From Capsulimonadales bacterium (GTDB lineage Bacteria; Armatimonadota; Armatimonadia; Armatimonadales; Armatimonadaceae): DNA of 64,000 bases. Shown here piece by piece: positions 41,595 to 51,823 of this stretch. The notes under the pieces were generated by a model. That model was not told where the DNA came from. It worked only from the letters and a program-made list of their open reading frames with translations, and did no database searches. The number at the start of each line of letters is the position of its first letter. The stretch's first letter is position 1. Location: assembly GCA_033762295.1 (NCBI GenBank), contig JANRLW010000038.1, positions 15,810 through 79,809 on the forward strand. Direction: 5' to 3'. Both the position numbers and the translations under genes were made by a program.

Positions 41595-42933
41595 ACCGCG
41601 CCGGTTCGCCGGCGACGAACGCCTCGAAGGTCGTCCGCGCCCGCTCCGCCAGGGCCGCGCCCCGTTCGCGCTTGGCCCGGATTCGTTCTCCGTCGAGCGG
41701 CGGTAGCAACCCCCAGCAGGCGTTCATCGGCGCGAAATGCTTCCCCTCGTAGGCGGCCACATACCGGGTCAGCGACCCCAGGATCGTCATTTCGGGGTAA
41801 ACGAGCGGGGCTTCCCCGTTCGCCAGGCGGGAGGCGTTGATGCCCGCCACCAGTCCCATCGCCGCCGACTCCAGGTACCCTTCGACGCCGACGATCTGCC
41901 CGGCGAACAGCAGGTTCGGGCGGGTCCGAAGCTGCAGGGTCGGATCGAGCAGAGAGGGAGAATGGATATAGGTATTGCGGTGCATTACCCCGTAACGCAC
42001 AAACTCGGCGTTTTCCAGTCCCGGAATCATCCGGAAGATCCGCTTCTGCTCGCCCCATTTCAGACGCGTCTGGAAGCCGACGAGATTGTACAGGGTGGCC
42101 GCGCGGTTCTCCTGGCGCAACTGCACCACCGCATAGGGTCGACGCCCGGTGTTCGGGTCGATCAGTCCGACCGGCTTGAGCGGGCCGTACGCCAGCGTTT
42201 TCGCTCCGCGTGCCGCCAGTTCCTCGACCGGCAGACAGGCCTCGAAGTAACGGATATCCTCGAACTCCTTCATCGGAGCCTTCTCGGCCTTCGTGATCTC
42301 TTCGACGAACGCCAAAAAATCGTCTTTCCGGTCGAACGGACAGTTCAGATAGGCGGCGTCATCGTCGTGGGTTCCGTCGGCGGTCTTTCCGTAGCGGGAG
42401 GCGCGGAACACCTTCGAGTAGTCGATGGAGGCGGCGTCGACGACCGGCGCGACGGCATCGTAGAAGTAGAGGTCATAGCGCCCGGTCAGTTCGCCGATTC
42501 GCGCCGCCAGCGTATCCGACGTCAGCGGTCCGGACGCGATCACGGTGATACCGTCGTCGGGCAGATCGACGGCCTCCTCGCGCACGAACTCGATATGGGG
42601 GTGAGCGGTCAGTCGCGCGGTCACCGCTTCGGAGAACGCCTCCCGATCGACGGCAAGCGCCTCGCCGGCCGGAACGGCGGTCGCGTCAGCGCACCCGACG
42701 ATGATCGAATCGAGCCGCCGCATCTCCGCCTTCAAAACGCCGCTGGCATTGGTCAGCAGGTTGCTTTTGAAGGAGTTGGAGCAGACGATCTCCGCCGCTT
42801 TGTCGGTGTGGTGGGCGGGCGACATCCGAACGGGCCGCATCTCGATCAGCCGTACCTTCGCGCCCCGGTTCGCCGCCTGCCATGCGGCCTCGCTCCCGGC
42901 CATCCCCGCCCCGATTACCGTAACCCTGGTCAT
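41584..42933 (-). CDS. trmFO: tRNA (uracil-54)-methyltransferase, FAD/folate-dependent
   Basis: GAGMAGSEAA, EIVCSNS, GFQTRL and GVEGY motifs. Confidence 0.96.
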   Translation of the reverse strand: MTRVTVIGAGMAGSEAAWQAANRGAKVRLIEMRPVRMSPAHHTDKAAEIVCSNSFKSNLLTNASGVLKAEMRRLDSIIVGCADATAVPAGEALAVDREAFSEAVTARLTAHPHIEFVREEAVDLPDDGITVIASGPLTSDTLAARIGELTGRYDLYFYDAVAPVVDAASIDYSKVFRASRYGKTADGTHDDDAAYLNCPFDRKDDFLAFVEEITKAEKAPMKEFEDIRYFEACLPVEELAARGAKTLAYGPLKPVGLIDPNTGRRPYAVVQLRQENRAATLYNLVGFQTRLKWGEQKRIFRMIPGLENAEFVRYGVMHRNTYIHSPSLLDPTLQLRTRPNLLFAGQIVGVEGYLESAAMGLVAGINASRLANGEAPLVYPEMTILGSLTRYVAAYEGKHFAPMNACWGLLPPLDGERIRAKRERGAALAERARTTFEAFVAGEPARSTG

Positions 42934-42987
42934 AGGGTCATTGTATCGCGCCAACGTTCCGAACAGTCTCCGGCCGACACGGACCGG

Positions 42988-43362
42988 TTACGGCTTGTTG
43001 TAACCCTTCGCTTCCGCCACATCACGGATCGACACTTTGCCGAATCCGCGCGTCAGCGCGTCCGCTTTATCGAGTTCTTCCTTGGTCAGCTTCGAAAGGT
43101 CGCCGCCGCTCTTTTTCGCGAGGGCGTTGATATACTCGAGCCGTTCCCGCTCGTCCGCTTTCAACGGGGGCGGGGCCAGGACGACGGTATATCCGATATA
43201 GCCGATGACGGCGAAGACGGCGACGAGAACCCCCAGGACGACACCGATCGGCAGGTCCTGCTTTTTCGGCTTCGTCTCGACGTTCTCCGCATTCTCGGTT
43301 CCGGGTTCCCGGAGTTTCGACTGCTCCGGCGCTTGCGTATCCGGCGTATTTCCAGCAGACAT
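42988..43362 (-). CDS. Small single-TM protein
   Basis: One TM helix; last gene of the co-oriented cluster before trmFO. Confidence 0.65.
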   Translation of the reverse strand: MSAGNTPDTQAPEQSKLREPGTENAENVETKPKKQDLPIGVVLGVLVAVFAVIGYIGYTVVLAPPPLKADERERLEYINALAKKSGGDLSKLTKEELDKADALTRGFGKVSIRDVAEAKGYNKP

Positions 43363-43410
43363 GAGGCACCTTGATCCTTTCCACCAATCATTGTACCAAG
43401 CAGGAGAGGG

Positions 43411-45174
43411 TTATTTCGGCAAGACCGTATTGCCGGGAAGTTTTCCGGTGATTCCCTTCCCCTCGGTCACGATCCACCCGGTGTCGATCGGGACATTGGT
43501 CAGGGTGTCTTTCGTTCCGCTCGGCCAGCGGACTTCCACCCGGTCGATTTTCGTGGCCTCTCCGAGACCGAAAAAAACGCGGCGGTCGCTGTGGGAGAGA
43601 TAGCTGCTCCCCGCGCGAACCGCACCGCTCTGCGTCACGCCGCCGGCGGTGAGAACGAACCGGGCGTGACGTCCCTCCCGGTTGGACTTCGTTCCGACGG
43701 TCAGGAAGGACACCCAGTGATGACGGTCCGGCGATTCGTTGCGCAACAGTTCCGGCGCGTCGTTTTGATTCGCCACCAGTGCGTCCGGGCGACCGTCGTT
43801 GTCGAAATCGCCGACCGCCAATCCCCTCCCGACCGTCGGATTCGACAGCGCCCCGAGCATCGCCGGTTCCTCGATCTCCCGGAAGCGGCCGTCCCCCTCG
43901 TTTCGGAACAGTTGCTTGCGCTCCCTGTAGGTCGTGCCCTCGAACCGCTGATCGGCGTGCGCCTGGACGTGTCCGTTCACCACCAGAAGGTCGGACCATC
44001 CGTCCCGATCGTAATCGACGAACTCCGCGCCGAACGTCAGGAACGGCATATGACCGATCGCGACCCCGGCGGTGTAACTGGCCTCCTCGAACAGACCGTT
44101 CCCCATATTCCGGTACAGCATGTTCGGCTTGCCGGAGAAGTTGCCGACGAACAGGCTGTCCCGGCCGCTGTGGTCGTAGTCGCCGACCCCGATCCCCATC
44201 CCGGCCATCACCTGCCCGGTGCTGTCGTAGGCGCAGCCCGCTTCCACGGCGACGTCGACGAACGTCCCGTCGCCCCGGTTCCGCCAGAGCATGTTCGGTG
44301 TGATATCGTTGGCGACGAAAATATCCTGGCGACCGTCCCCGTCATAATCGAGGAACGCGACACTCAGGCCACGTCCTTTCGCCTTCAAGATGCCCGCGGC
44401 CCGGCTGACATCCCGGAAGCGCGCGCCCTCGTTGTGCAGCAAGACATGATCGCTCGCCTCATATACCTCCGGAGTACAGTATTCCGGCCCGATCGAGTCC
44501 TTGCAGGGGATGTTCGTCTTCCAGGTCCAGGGGCTGTATCGGCAGAGATAGAGGTCGAGTCGACCGTCGTTATCGTAGTCTCCGAACGCGGCGCTGGTAA
44601 AATACCCGCGCAGGCTTGCCAGTCCCATCGACGCCGTCACATCACGGAACCTGCCGCTCCCTTTCTCATTTCGGAACAGGAAACAGCGGTCGTACCCGGA
44701 AACCAGCAGGTCGGAATAACCGTCGTTGTCATAATCGCCGACCGCCACTCCCTGCGCGTGAAGGAGGTCCCGATCGAGGCCCGACCCGGCGGTCACCTCG
44801 GCGAACGTTCCGTCGCCCCGGTTCCGATACAGGGCGCTGCGGGGCCGCTCCTTTACCTGCTCGAACGGTTCCGAAGGTCCGGACTGCACCAGAAAGAGAT
44901 CGGTCCGGCCATCCTCGTCGTAATCGAAAAAGGCGCACCCCGGAGGCGTGTTCTCGATATAGAGAAACTTCCCGGTGGCCCCGCTGTCATGCCGAAATCG
45001 GATTCCCGCTTTCTCGGTGACGTTCGCAAACAGTCCCCCGGAAACGACGGTCGGAGACGGGGCGGGCGAGACCGTCGCTTTCGGGGACGGGGACGGAGTA
45101 CATCCGAACGGCAGGAGGGACAACATGGCCCATACCGGAACCATTACGGCCAGGCGAACCGAGGACAGTCTCAA
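43411..45174 (-). CDS. CRTAC1-family (FG-GAP repeats + ASPIC/UnbV) lipoprotein
   Basis: Repeated DYDNDG.DL motifs; C-terminal FGLG...EVRWPSG; PFGC lipobox. Confidence 0.9.
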   Translation of the reverse strand: MRLSSVRLAVMVPVWAMLSLLPFGCTPSPSPKATVSPAPSPTVVSGGLFANVTEKAGIRFRHDSGATGKFLYIENTPPGCAFFDYDEDGRTDLFLVQSGPSEPFEQVKERPRSALYRNRGDGTFAEVTAGSGLDRDLLHAQGVAVGDYDNDGYSDLLVSGYDRCFLFRNEKGSGRFRDVTASMGLASLRGYFTSAAFGDYDNDGRLDLYLCRYSPWTWKTNIPCKDSIGPEYCTPEVYEASDHVLLHNEGARFRDVSRAAGILKAKGRGLSVAFLDYDGDGRQDIFVANDITPNMLWRNRGDGTFVDVAVEAGCAYDSTGQVMAGMGIGVGDYDHSGRDSLFVGNFSGKPNMLYRNMGNGLFEEASYTAGVAIGHMPFLTFGAEFVDYDRDGWSDLLVVNGHVQAHADQRFEGTTYRERKQLFRNEGDGRFREIEEPAMLGALSNPTVGRGLAVGDFDNDGRPDALVANQNDAPELLRNESPDRHHWVSFLTVGTKSNREGRHARFVLTAGGVTQSGAVRAGSSYLSHSDRRVFFGLGEATKIDRVEVRWPSGTKDTLTNVPIDTGWIVTEGKGITGKLPGNTVLPK

Positions 45175-46208
45175 CGCGGGCCTCCGCCGGTCAGAATTTG
45201 GTCCAGTTCCCGGGCGACGCTCATTCCGGCCGGGTCGTTCGGGCGGATGGTCAGGGCGCGATTGACATAATAGATCGCCTTGTCCGGGTCACCTTTCCGG
45301 ATCATCAGGCGCGCGGTTTTCAAATGCAGGTCGAAATCCTCGGGAAACGCGCCGCAACGTTTGGCCATCGCCTCCGCCAGCGTCGCCTGCTCCCGCAAAC
45401 GTACGAACTCGGACTGCGCCTTCGCCGACGTTTCCCGGTCCCCGATCAGACGGAACGCCCGGGCGAGTTCGAAGTGGACATCCGGGTTTTCCGGCATCCG
45501 TTCGGCCGCCGCCGACAGCGGTTCGATCGCCTTCTTCGCCTGTCCCTGCCGAAGGTAGACCCGACCGAGAAAGAGCTGGGTCCGCGCGACATTGGCCCTG
45601 AGTTCCAGGGTCTTCTTAAAATCGGCTTCGGCCTGCGCCAGCGCCGCGCGGTCCGTCCCCCGGAAGTAGCCCACCTGCCCGCGCAGGTAATACGCGGCGG
45701 GGTCGTTCGGATCGGTCCGGATCAGATCCTCGATCAGGGGACGCGCCTCATCGTACAGAAAAGAGTTGACCAGTTCCTGCGCCAGGGTCACCTTGAGAAC
45801 GCTGTCTTCGGGCCGAAGGCGCACGAGGGTTCGCAGATACCCGAGACGCTTGCGCTGGTCGTCCTTGCCCAGAAGCGCGCTGACGGCGATCGTGAGCGCT
45901 TCCACATCCTCCGGTTTCCGCGCCAGGACGGTTTCCGCCTCCTTCAGCAGTTCCTGCCGCTGCGATGAGCGCATGACACTGCGCCCGAGGTCGGCAAAGA
46001 CGTTCGGCGTGTCCGGCGCGAGTCGGACGACCGTTCGAAGCGGAGCGACGGCGGCGTTGAAGTCGCCCTGCTCCAGGAACTTCACAGCCTCAGCTTTCGC
46101 ACGTTCCGCTTCCACCGTCTTTCCGCCGTCGCACCCGGCGACGAAGATCGCCGAAAGGAGGATGCAGCAAACAACAGGCCCCCGAGTTTTCCGAAACCGT
46201 CCCCTCAT
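45171..46208 (-). CDS. TPR lipoprotein
   Basis: VAGC lipobox; TPR periodicity; 4-bp overlaps with both neighbours. Confidence 0.85.
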   Translation of the reverse strand: MRGRFRKTRGPVVCCILLSAIFVAGCDGGKTVEAERAKAEAVKFLEQGDFNAAVAPLRTVVRLAPDTPNVFADLGRSVMRSSQRQELLKEAETVLARKPEDVEALTIAVSALLGKDDQRKRLGYLRTLVRLRPEDSVLKVTLAQELVNSFLYDEARPLIEDLIRTDPNDPAAYYLRGQVGYFRGTDRAALAQAEADFKKTLELRANVARTQLFLGRVYLRQGQAKKAIEPLSAAAERMPENPDVHFELARAFRLIGDRETSAKAQSEFVRLREQATLAEAMAKRCGAFPEDFDLHLKTARLMIRKGDPDKAIYYVNRALTIRPNDPAGMSVARELDQILTGGGPR

Positions 46209-47245
46209 TTGGATACCGGCAGTAGATAAAGGGTGTTTTTGTAGACGTAACTGATGCCGCCGGCTCCCGGAGAAAACCGGACGTTATAGGGACCGAAGGC
46301 CGGATCGTCCCGCCGGGAGGGCAAACAGCCGTAGGATTTCGTCTCACGGGTTCGTCGGTTGGTCACCCAGAACCCGGTGTAGTACTTCTTCGGCTTCCCC
46401 TTGTTCAATCCGAGGTTTTGGGAGACGGGATCGCGGAACTTGAGAACCCAGCCCATATACGTCTCCTCCGGTGAGAAGAAGACCTCGGCGCCATCGTTCT
46501 CATGGGGCGCCGGAAAACGCAGGAACGCCGATCCGGCCGGGCTGGCGGTCAAACCGGCGGCTCCGACACGAACGGTCCTGGTCGGTTCATCCGGACCGCG
46601 CCAGAGCTGGGCCAGGAACTGCCCGGAATCGGAAAAGATTGCCTGCGCGATATTCGTTCCGTCAAAGTCCGCGCCGACGGTCTGGGTTGGCTCCAGGAAG
46701 AAGGTCGCCGCGAGCGGCGAAAAATTCCCCTTGCGGTTGTTCGCGGTCCGATCAAAGCTATGCCCCCCGGCGAGTCGGCCGTCGTAGATGCCGAGTCCCA
46801 TCCAGGTCCGGCTTCCGACCCTCCAGAACGGCAGGGTGGGCACGTCGTGCCGTACTTCCTGAAACTCGCCGCCGTCGATTCGACAGAGCAGCGACCGTTT
46901 TTTGTCCTGCGACGCCCAGACGAGAAACGCGCCGTCCGGACTGACCCGCAGAGTCGCCGGAAGTCCTGAGGTTCCGGCGAACCGTTCGGTCAGTTCGGGT
47001 AGGGGAGTTTCCTTGCCTTCGGCGATCCGGAAGCGGAAGAAACGCTCCGGTTTGCCCTCGCGAAGCAGGAGCAGTTCGTCGGCATTGAGCCACCAGTAGT
47101 GCGGCCGGTTACCGGGAAGAGCGACCAGGGGTTGGGCACCCCGCACCTCCGGGACATCCGGACGGGATTGAAAACCGAGTACCAGCGATATCGCCAGAAC
47201 GGCGACCGCCAGACCGAGCAGAGCGTTACGCAGGGATTTGGACAT
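46205..47245 (-). CDS. Exported hypothetical protein (beta-propeller-like)
   Basis: N-terminal TM; SPDG and FSP blade-like motifs. Confidence 0.6.
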   Translation of the reverse strand: MSKSLRNALLGLAVAVLAISLVLGFQSRPDVPEVRGAQPLVALPGNRPHYWWLNADELLLLREGKPERFFRFRIAEGKETPLPELTERFAGTSGLPATLRVSPDGAFLVWASQDKKRSLLCRIDGGEFQEVRHDVPTLPFWRVGSRTWMGLGIYDGRLAGGHSFDRTANNRKGNFSPLAATFFLEPTQTVGADFDGTNIAQAIFSDSGQFLAQLWRGPDEPTRTVRVGAAGLTASPAGSAFLRFPAPHENDGAEVFFSPEETYMGWVLKFRDPVSQNLGLNKGKPKKYYTGFWVTNRRTRETKSYGCLPSRRDDPAFGPYNVRFSPGAGGISYVYKNTLYLLPVSK

Positions 47246-47284
47246 AGGGAAACGACCGCCGAACGAAGCGCGGGAAGCGGCGTT

Positions 47285-47542
47285 TTACCGCATTCCCGGA
47301 GGCCCCGGCGGCATGGGCGCCATCTGTCCCTGGCTCGCCGTTTTCTTCTGCATATCCTGCCAGGACTTCGTGTTGTAGGGAGCGACATCCGGATACCCCG
47401 GCGGCGGCGGCACCTTGACCACGGCATCCTGCTTCGGCCCGAAGAAGACCGCACTGATAACGAAAAACAGAACGGCCACCACCGCCAGGGCGCCCACACC
47501 GAGGATCACCTTGTTGGTCGTCGACATTTCGGAAAGATCCAT
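47285..47542 (-). CDS. Small single-TM Pro-rich protein (pilin partner)
   Basis: One TM helix; directly downstream of the pilin-like gene. Confidence 0.65.
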   Translation of the reverse strand: MDLSEMSTTNKVILGVGALAVVAVLFFVISAVFFGPKQDAVVKVPPPPGYPDVAPYNTKSWQDMQKKTASQGQMAPMPPGPPGMR

Positions 47543-47640
47543 GAAAGTACAACTCCGAGTTTCGATCACGGGGTCATGTAAACGGAGAAAAAGCGGACAG
47601 GGCGGAACGATTTCCACCCTGCCCGCGGTCCTCTATCGGA

Positions 47641-48594
47641 CTATTCCGAGGAGGCGGTCCACTGTCGCATCGTGGTCTTGCGGAAGTACTTCACGTGACC
47701 ATCGGCGAAGGCGTAGTTCGCGCCGTCGCTGTGGCGGCGATAGACGCGGTCCTGGCAGTAGCCGGAGATGCCGAAGCAGTTGTTGCCGTCTTCGGTCGCC
47801 TGGCCCCAGGCGATATCGCCGTCGGACGCGGACTGGCGGGACTGCCAGATCGGGCGGTTGGCGGAGTAGCCCGCAGGCCACGGAGCCTGAGCGGGGTAGG
47901 CCTGGGCTTCCTGGGTTCGCGGCGGGGTGGCGCCGGCGTATTCCGCATTGTAGTACGGGCCGAGGCCGATCTGGCCTTCGGCGAGGATGATGGAGTCGGC
48001 CGGATGACCGATGTTCGGGAACGGCATTCCCTTGTTGCAGCCGAAACCGTTGGACTGCGCGGAGGCAAGCTGTCCGCACTCGAAGCCGGCGCCCTGACCT
48101 TCGCGGATCAGCGGGTCGTTGTTCATGTAGGACTGGGTGATGCCGTAGGAGGTGGAGCCCCAGCCGGCGGACCCGGACAGGTCCTGGAACTTGGCATCGA
48201 CGGTCGGGCAGACGAAAACGCCACGGTTGCCCTTCTGGCCGTTGACACGAGCGACGCCGTTCTTGACGTACGGGTAGATCAGGTCGGGCCAGTAGCCGCC
48301 CCAGGTGGTTCCGGAGTAGACGGCCGGAGCGCATCCGGCGATGGCGGTGCCGTCCGGGTTCAGACAGTTCTTGGCCCACATCGGCGCGCCGGTTTCATCG
48401 TAGTCCTGGGCATACATGATGTACGCCAGCGACAGCTGCTTCATGTTGGACTGGCACATGGCCTGGCGGGCTTTTTCGCGGGCCTGGGCGAAGACCGGGA
48501 AGAGGATGGCGGCCAGAATGGCGATAATGGCGATAACGACGAGCAACTCGATCAGCGTGAAGGCCTTTCGCGAATTCGCGAAGTTCATGGACAT
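47641..48594 (-). CDS. DUF1559 prepilin-type / H-X9-DG protein
   Basis: [36 protein letters not shown]. Confidence 0.92.
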   Translation of the reverse strand: MSMNFANSRKAFTLIELLVVIAIIAILAAILFPVFAQAREKARQAMCQSNMKQLSLAYIMYAQDYDETGAPMWAKNCLNPDGTAIAGCAPAVYSGTTWGGYWPDLIYPYVKNGVARVNGQKGNRGVFVCPTVDAKFQDLSGSAGWGSTSYGITQSYMNNDPLIREGQGAGFECGQLASAQSNGFGCNKGMPFPNIGHPADSIILAEGQIGLGPYYNAEYAGATPPRTQEAQAYPAQAPWPAGYSANRPIWQSRQSASDGDIAWGQATEDGNNCFGISGYCQDRVYRRHSDGANYAFADGHVKYFRKTTMRQWTASSE

Positions 48595-48672
48595 GACACG
48601 TTTCCTTTCGAAGAAAAGCGTAAATGACGGCGAGTCGTCCTGCGGGGGTCTTGCCCCCTTCTCCTTTTGCTC

Positions 48673-49686
48673 TTACTTACGCGGTGGTCCAGTCGAATCG
48701 CGGACAATCAGGGTCGGTTCCACAACCATGCTGGGAACGTCTTCCGAATCCTCGATGATTTGCAGCAACATATTTGTCGCTGTCTTCCCGATCTCCACCA
48801 GTGGCTGACGAATCGTCGTCAATTGCGGCGTCACCAGCGTCGCCGGCGGAATATCGTCAAACCCGGTCACGGACAGTTCCTCCGGAACGGCAATCTCCAG
48901 TTCCCGGGCAACCTCCAGAATCGCGCAGGCGATATTGTCACTTGCGGTGACGATCGCCGTGGGTCGGTTCGGCATGGTCAGCAGTCGGTGCGCGTCCGGC
49001 TTGCTTCGTCCCACGATATACCAGCTTGTCACCAGATACTCGGGCGGAACCGGCAATCCGGCCGCCGCCATCGCCTTCAAAAACCCTTCCTGTCGCGCCG
49101 GCATGCTGGGCTGATGGATATCACCGGTCATGTGCGCGATTCGGGTGTGTCCCAGACCGATCACATACTCCGTCGCCAGACGCAACCCTTTTTCGTTATC
49201 CACATCGACGAACGGCACGCCTTCCGGAACGGTCTGGGAGGAGACCGAAACCACCGGCACTCCCATATCGGCCAGACCCGAAATGATATCGGAGTTCAAC
49301 GGTGCGCCCACGATGATAAAACCGTCCGCTCGCCGATCCCGAAAGCGTCCCGCCGACTCGGCCGCACTGCGCCAGGGGGCGGTCCACAACGTCACGTTGT
49401 ATTCCCGCTCCGCCGCCGTCGAAAAGATTCCGTTCAGAATCGCGCTGGCATACGGATTGGTGATGACTTCCGGCTCGAGGACTCCGAAGAGGACACCGAT
49501 CGTATGCACCCGCTGACCGGTCATCACCCGGGCGATAGTGCTCGGATGGTAGTTGAGGTGACGCGCGGTTTCCAGAACGCGGGCCCGCGTTCGAGGATGG
49601 ACCGGACGACCCGAGCTGTTCAGCACGTTGGATACGGTCGCGGTCGAAACGCCACACGCCTTCGCTACATCGCGGATGGTCGTCAT
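48673..49686 (-). CDS. LacI-family transcriptional regulator
   Basis: TIRDVAKACGVSTATVSNVLN; VPEELSVTGFDD. Confidence 0.95.
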   Translation of the reverse strand: MTTIRDVAKACGVSTATVSNVLNSSGRPVHPRTRARVLETARHLNYHPSTIARVMTGQRVHTIGVLFGVLEPEVITNPYASAILNGIFSTAAEREYNVTLWTAPWRSAAESAGRFRDRRADGFIIVGAPLNSDIISGLADMGVPVVSVSSQTVPEGVPFVDVDNEKGLRLATEYVIGLGHTRIAHMTGDIHQPSMPARQEGFLKAMAAAGLPVPPEYLVTSWYIVGRSKPDAHRLLTMPNRPTAIVTASDNIACAILEVARELEIAVPEELSVTGFDDIPPATLVTPQLTTIRQPLVEIGKTATNMLLQIIEDSEDVPSMVVEPTLIVRDSTGPPRK

Positions 49687-49696
49687 CGTTGGGGTG

Positions 49697-49748
49697 AATA
49701 TAGCACGGATCGGCCGACATTTCAAGGACGAAAAAGTAAAACGTTTAA
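49697..49748 (-). promoter_or_regulatory. lacI-gene promoter with LacI-type operator candidate
   Basis: TTGAAA-N17-TATATT with a TG extension; TAAAACGTTTAA at 49737-49748. Confidence 0.65.
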
Positions 49749-49837
49749 ATTTTTCGAAATCCGGCGGAAGTTCAGGAAAAATAGAAGTTCCCACGTTATT
49801 TTAAGTCGACAATTTTATGCTATTACAAAAATGGCGA

Positions 49838-49864
49838 AAGCCCTGTCCGGTTCGGACAGGGCTT
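49838..49864 (-). terminator. Terminator of the proteasome operon
   Basis: AAGCCCTGTCCG/CGGACAGGGCTT perfect 12-bp stem. Confidence 0.75.
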
Positions 49865-49887
49865 CCTTACAACATCGACACCCCGGA

Positions 49888-50688
49888 TCAACGGTACTCG
49901 GACAGTGCCGATTCCGTCTCCGCCGCCGTCAGCGGACGATACTTTGTCTCGCGGCGCGTATCCCGTTGCAGCAACGCCGCCTCCAAAGTCGCTCCGTCCT
50001 TCAGCGCCTCCCGTACCGCGACCGCCGGGTCGTCGGTCACCCGTGGCGCGTCCGTGCCGTCGTCCCGAAGAGGATCGAACTCCTCCTCTTCCCTGGCCGA
50101 CTTCGGCGCGAGCTGCGATCGGGAAATCCCCCAGGCGGTCAAACCCACCCGCAACGCCTCCGACAGGGTGGTCGGCAGATGCTCGCGAACGTACGCTTCG
50201 CCCTGATCCTCGGCGTACGCGGTCCCCGCCGCGACCGCGACCCGGTTCAGCGTCCGGAACTCGCCGTCGAACCCGAGAACGAACAGATGGTCCTCGTTCG
50301 CCGTCCGGCCCAGTTCCGCGAAGATAGCCCGCAGGGTCAGCGGAATCGAACTCTGATCGTTGTAGATCTTCTTGACCGCGGGCGACAGGCCGAAACCGAC
50401 CAGACGCTGCACGGAGACGTCGTCCGGCGAACGCTCGAACCCCTCGCGATGCGCCGAATCGATCGCGGCCAGACGAAGGGATTCGATATCGCTCTGCTTT
50501 CCGAGCGATCCCATCATCAGGCGGTCGTAGATCTCGAACACCTTGCGCTGGTTGCCGCGCAACGTGAGCATCAGGACGCCGCCGTCGAAGGTGACGGCGA
50601 CGACCGGCGACCCGTCCTTCAGACGATCCGCGACATACTCGTTCCGCTGCTGAAGCGCGTTATTCCAATCGTAAAAACTGTATCCCAT
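49888..50688 (-). CDS. prcA: 20S proteasome alpha subunit
   Basis: GSPVVAV, RKVFEIYDRL, G.QSDIE.LR and SPDDV motifs; follows the beta subunit. Confidence 0.9.
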   Translation of the reverse strand: MGYSFYDWNNALQQRNEYVADRLKDGSPVVAVTFDGGVLMLTLRGNQRKVFEIYDRLMMGSLGKQSDIESLRLAAIDSAHREGFERSPDDVSVQRLVGFGLSPAVKKIYNDQSSIPLTLRAIFAELGRTANEDHLFVLGFDGEFRTLNRVAVAAGTAYAEDQGEAYVREHLPTTLSEALRVGLTAWGISRSQLAPKSAREEEEFDPLRDDGTDAPRVTDDPAVAVREALKDGATLEAALLQRDTRRETKYRPLTAAETESALSEYR

Positions 50689-50723
50689 AGTCTTCTTTCA
50701 CCGGAAGCCTTACCCGGAGCGGA

Positions 50724-51563
50724 TCATCCGACCGCGAGCGGTTCCTGTCCGATGATGTCGCGGACGATCGAGCGCAGCGTCGTCTCCTCGACATCGGCGA
50801 TGCCGTCGGCCGTGATCGTTTTCGCCAGGGGCAGCACCTTGCCCGCGCCCCCGGTCGCGGCATCCAGGTCCGCCGCAATCTCCAGCAACGTCAGCGCCTC
50901 GCGCAGAGCCGTATCGCGATCCATCTCGCGAAACGGACCTTTGGTCCGGGCGATATACTCGAACGCCCCGCGAATCTGAGTCGATCCGCTGCCGGCCGCG
51001 CCGAACTCCGCCGTCTCGAAACGTGCGCCGCCGCCGTCGTAGAAGAAGATGCGGCCCTCATTCGCCTCGCGATCGAACGTCGACAGCACCGGAATGACGA
51101 TTCCGATCCCCTGCATCGCCGCCATCGCGTTGTTGGCGATCACCTTGCCCAGTTCCGACAGTTTACCGTCCAGGCTCATCGCCTGCAGCTGCGAGCGTTC
51201 GTAGTAGCGGAAGGCGTGCCGCAGATAGCGGACGATCTCCATCGCTTTCGAGAACGAACCGGAGATCGCCATCAGCGTGTAGTCGTCCAGCGACAGGACC
51301 TTCTCCGCCTTGTCGTACATGATGGCGAACCCGCCGGTCGCCCGCCGGTCACCGACATTGATCACGCCATCCCGGTATTTCACGGCAATGACGGTCGTTC
51401 CGTGGATCGGATCGGTCGCCAGTCCCTCGCCCGGCGAGAGGACCGGGCGTACGGACCCGGCGAAAACCTCCCGGTGCGCCGCCGGGCCGTCAAACGGCGT
51501 TGCGGACGCGCGCGAGGAGAGAAGCGCGGCAAAATTGCCGCGCCCGGAGCTCAACTCTAACAT
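50724..51563 (-). CDS. prcB: 20S proteasome beta subunit
   Basis: Propeptide ending HG/TTVIA; GDRRAT; GSGS; DAATGG. Confidence 0.92.
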   Translation of the reverse strand: MLELSSGRGNFAALLSSRASATPFDGPAAHREVFAGSVRPVLSPGEGLATDPIHGTTVIAVKYRDGVINVGDRRATGGFAIMYDKAEKVLSLDDYTLMAISGSFSKAMEIVRYLRHAFRYYERSQLQAMSLDGKLSELGKVIANNAMAAMQGIGIVIPVLSTFDREANEGRIFFYDGGGARFETAEFGAAGSGSTQIRGAFEYIARTKGPFREMDRDTALREALTLLEIAADLDAATGGAGKVLPLAKTITADGIADVEETTLRSIVRDIIGQEPLAVG

Positions 51564-51602
51564 GGGAATTCTTCTACCTTTTTAAGGATGATGTCCTGAA
51601 TC

Positions 51603-51794
51603 CTATTCTCCGGAACGCTGTCGATAGCGCTTGGCCTGGTTCGGGTCGACACGCTTCATACGCTCCAGAATATTCCGGGATTCGGGCCGCTTCACATCGG
51701 GCTTCGAGGGACCGTCACCGTCGCTCTGCTTGCGCAGCGGATCGGCAGTCGGCATCGGTCGGGTCAGACGGTCATCAAATCGGATCGGTTCCAT
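51603..51794 (-). CDS. ubact: Ubiquitin-like protein UBact
   Basis: Small disordered protein ending YRQRSGE, between dop and prcB; AAGGA SD. Confidence 0.88.
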   Translation of the reverse strand: MEPIRFDDRLTRPMPTADPLRKQSDGDGPSKPDVKRPESRNILERMKRVDPNQAKRYRQRSGE

Positions 51795-51823
51795 GGTCAT
51801 TCCTTGCCTTTCGGTTCTCATTC

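Noticed and set aside
51603..51794. Calling the small protein Pup
   Set aside because: It ends RSGE rather than GGE/GGQ, which fits UBact
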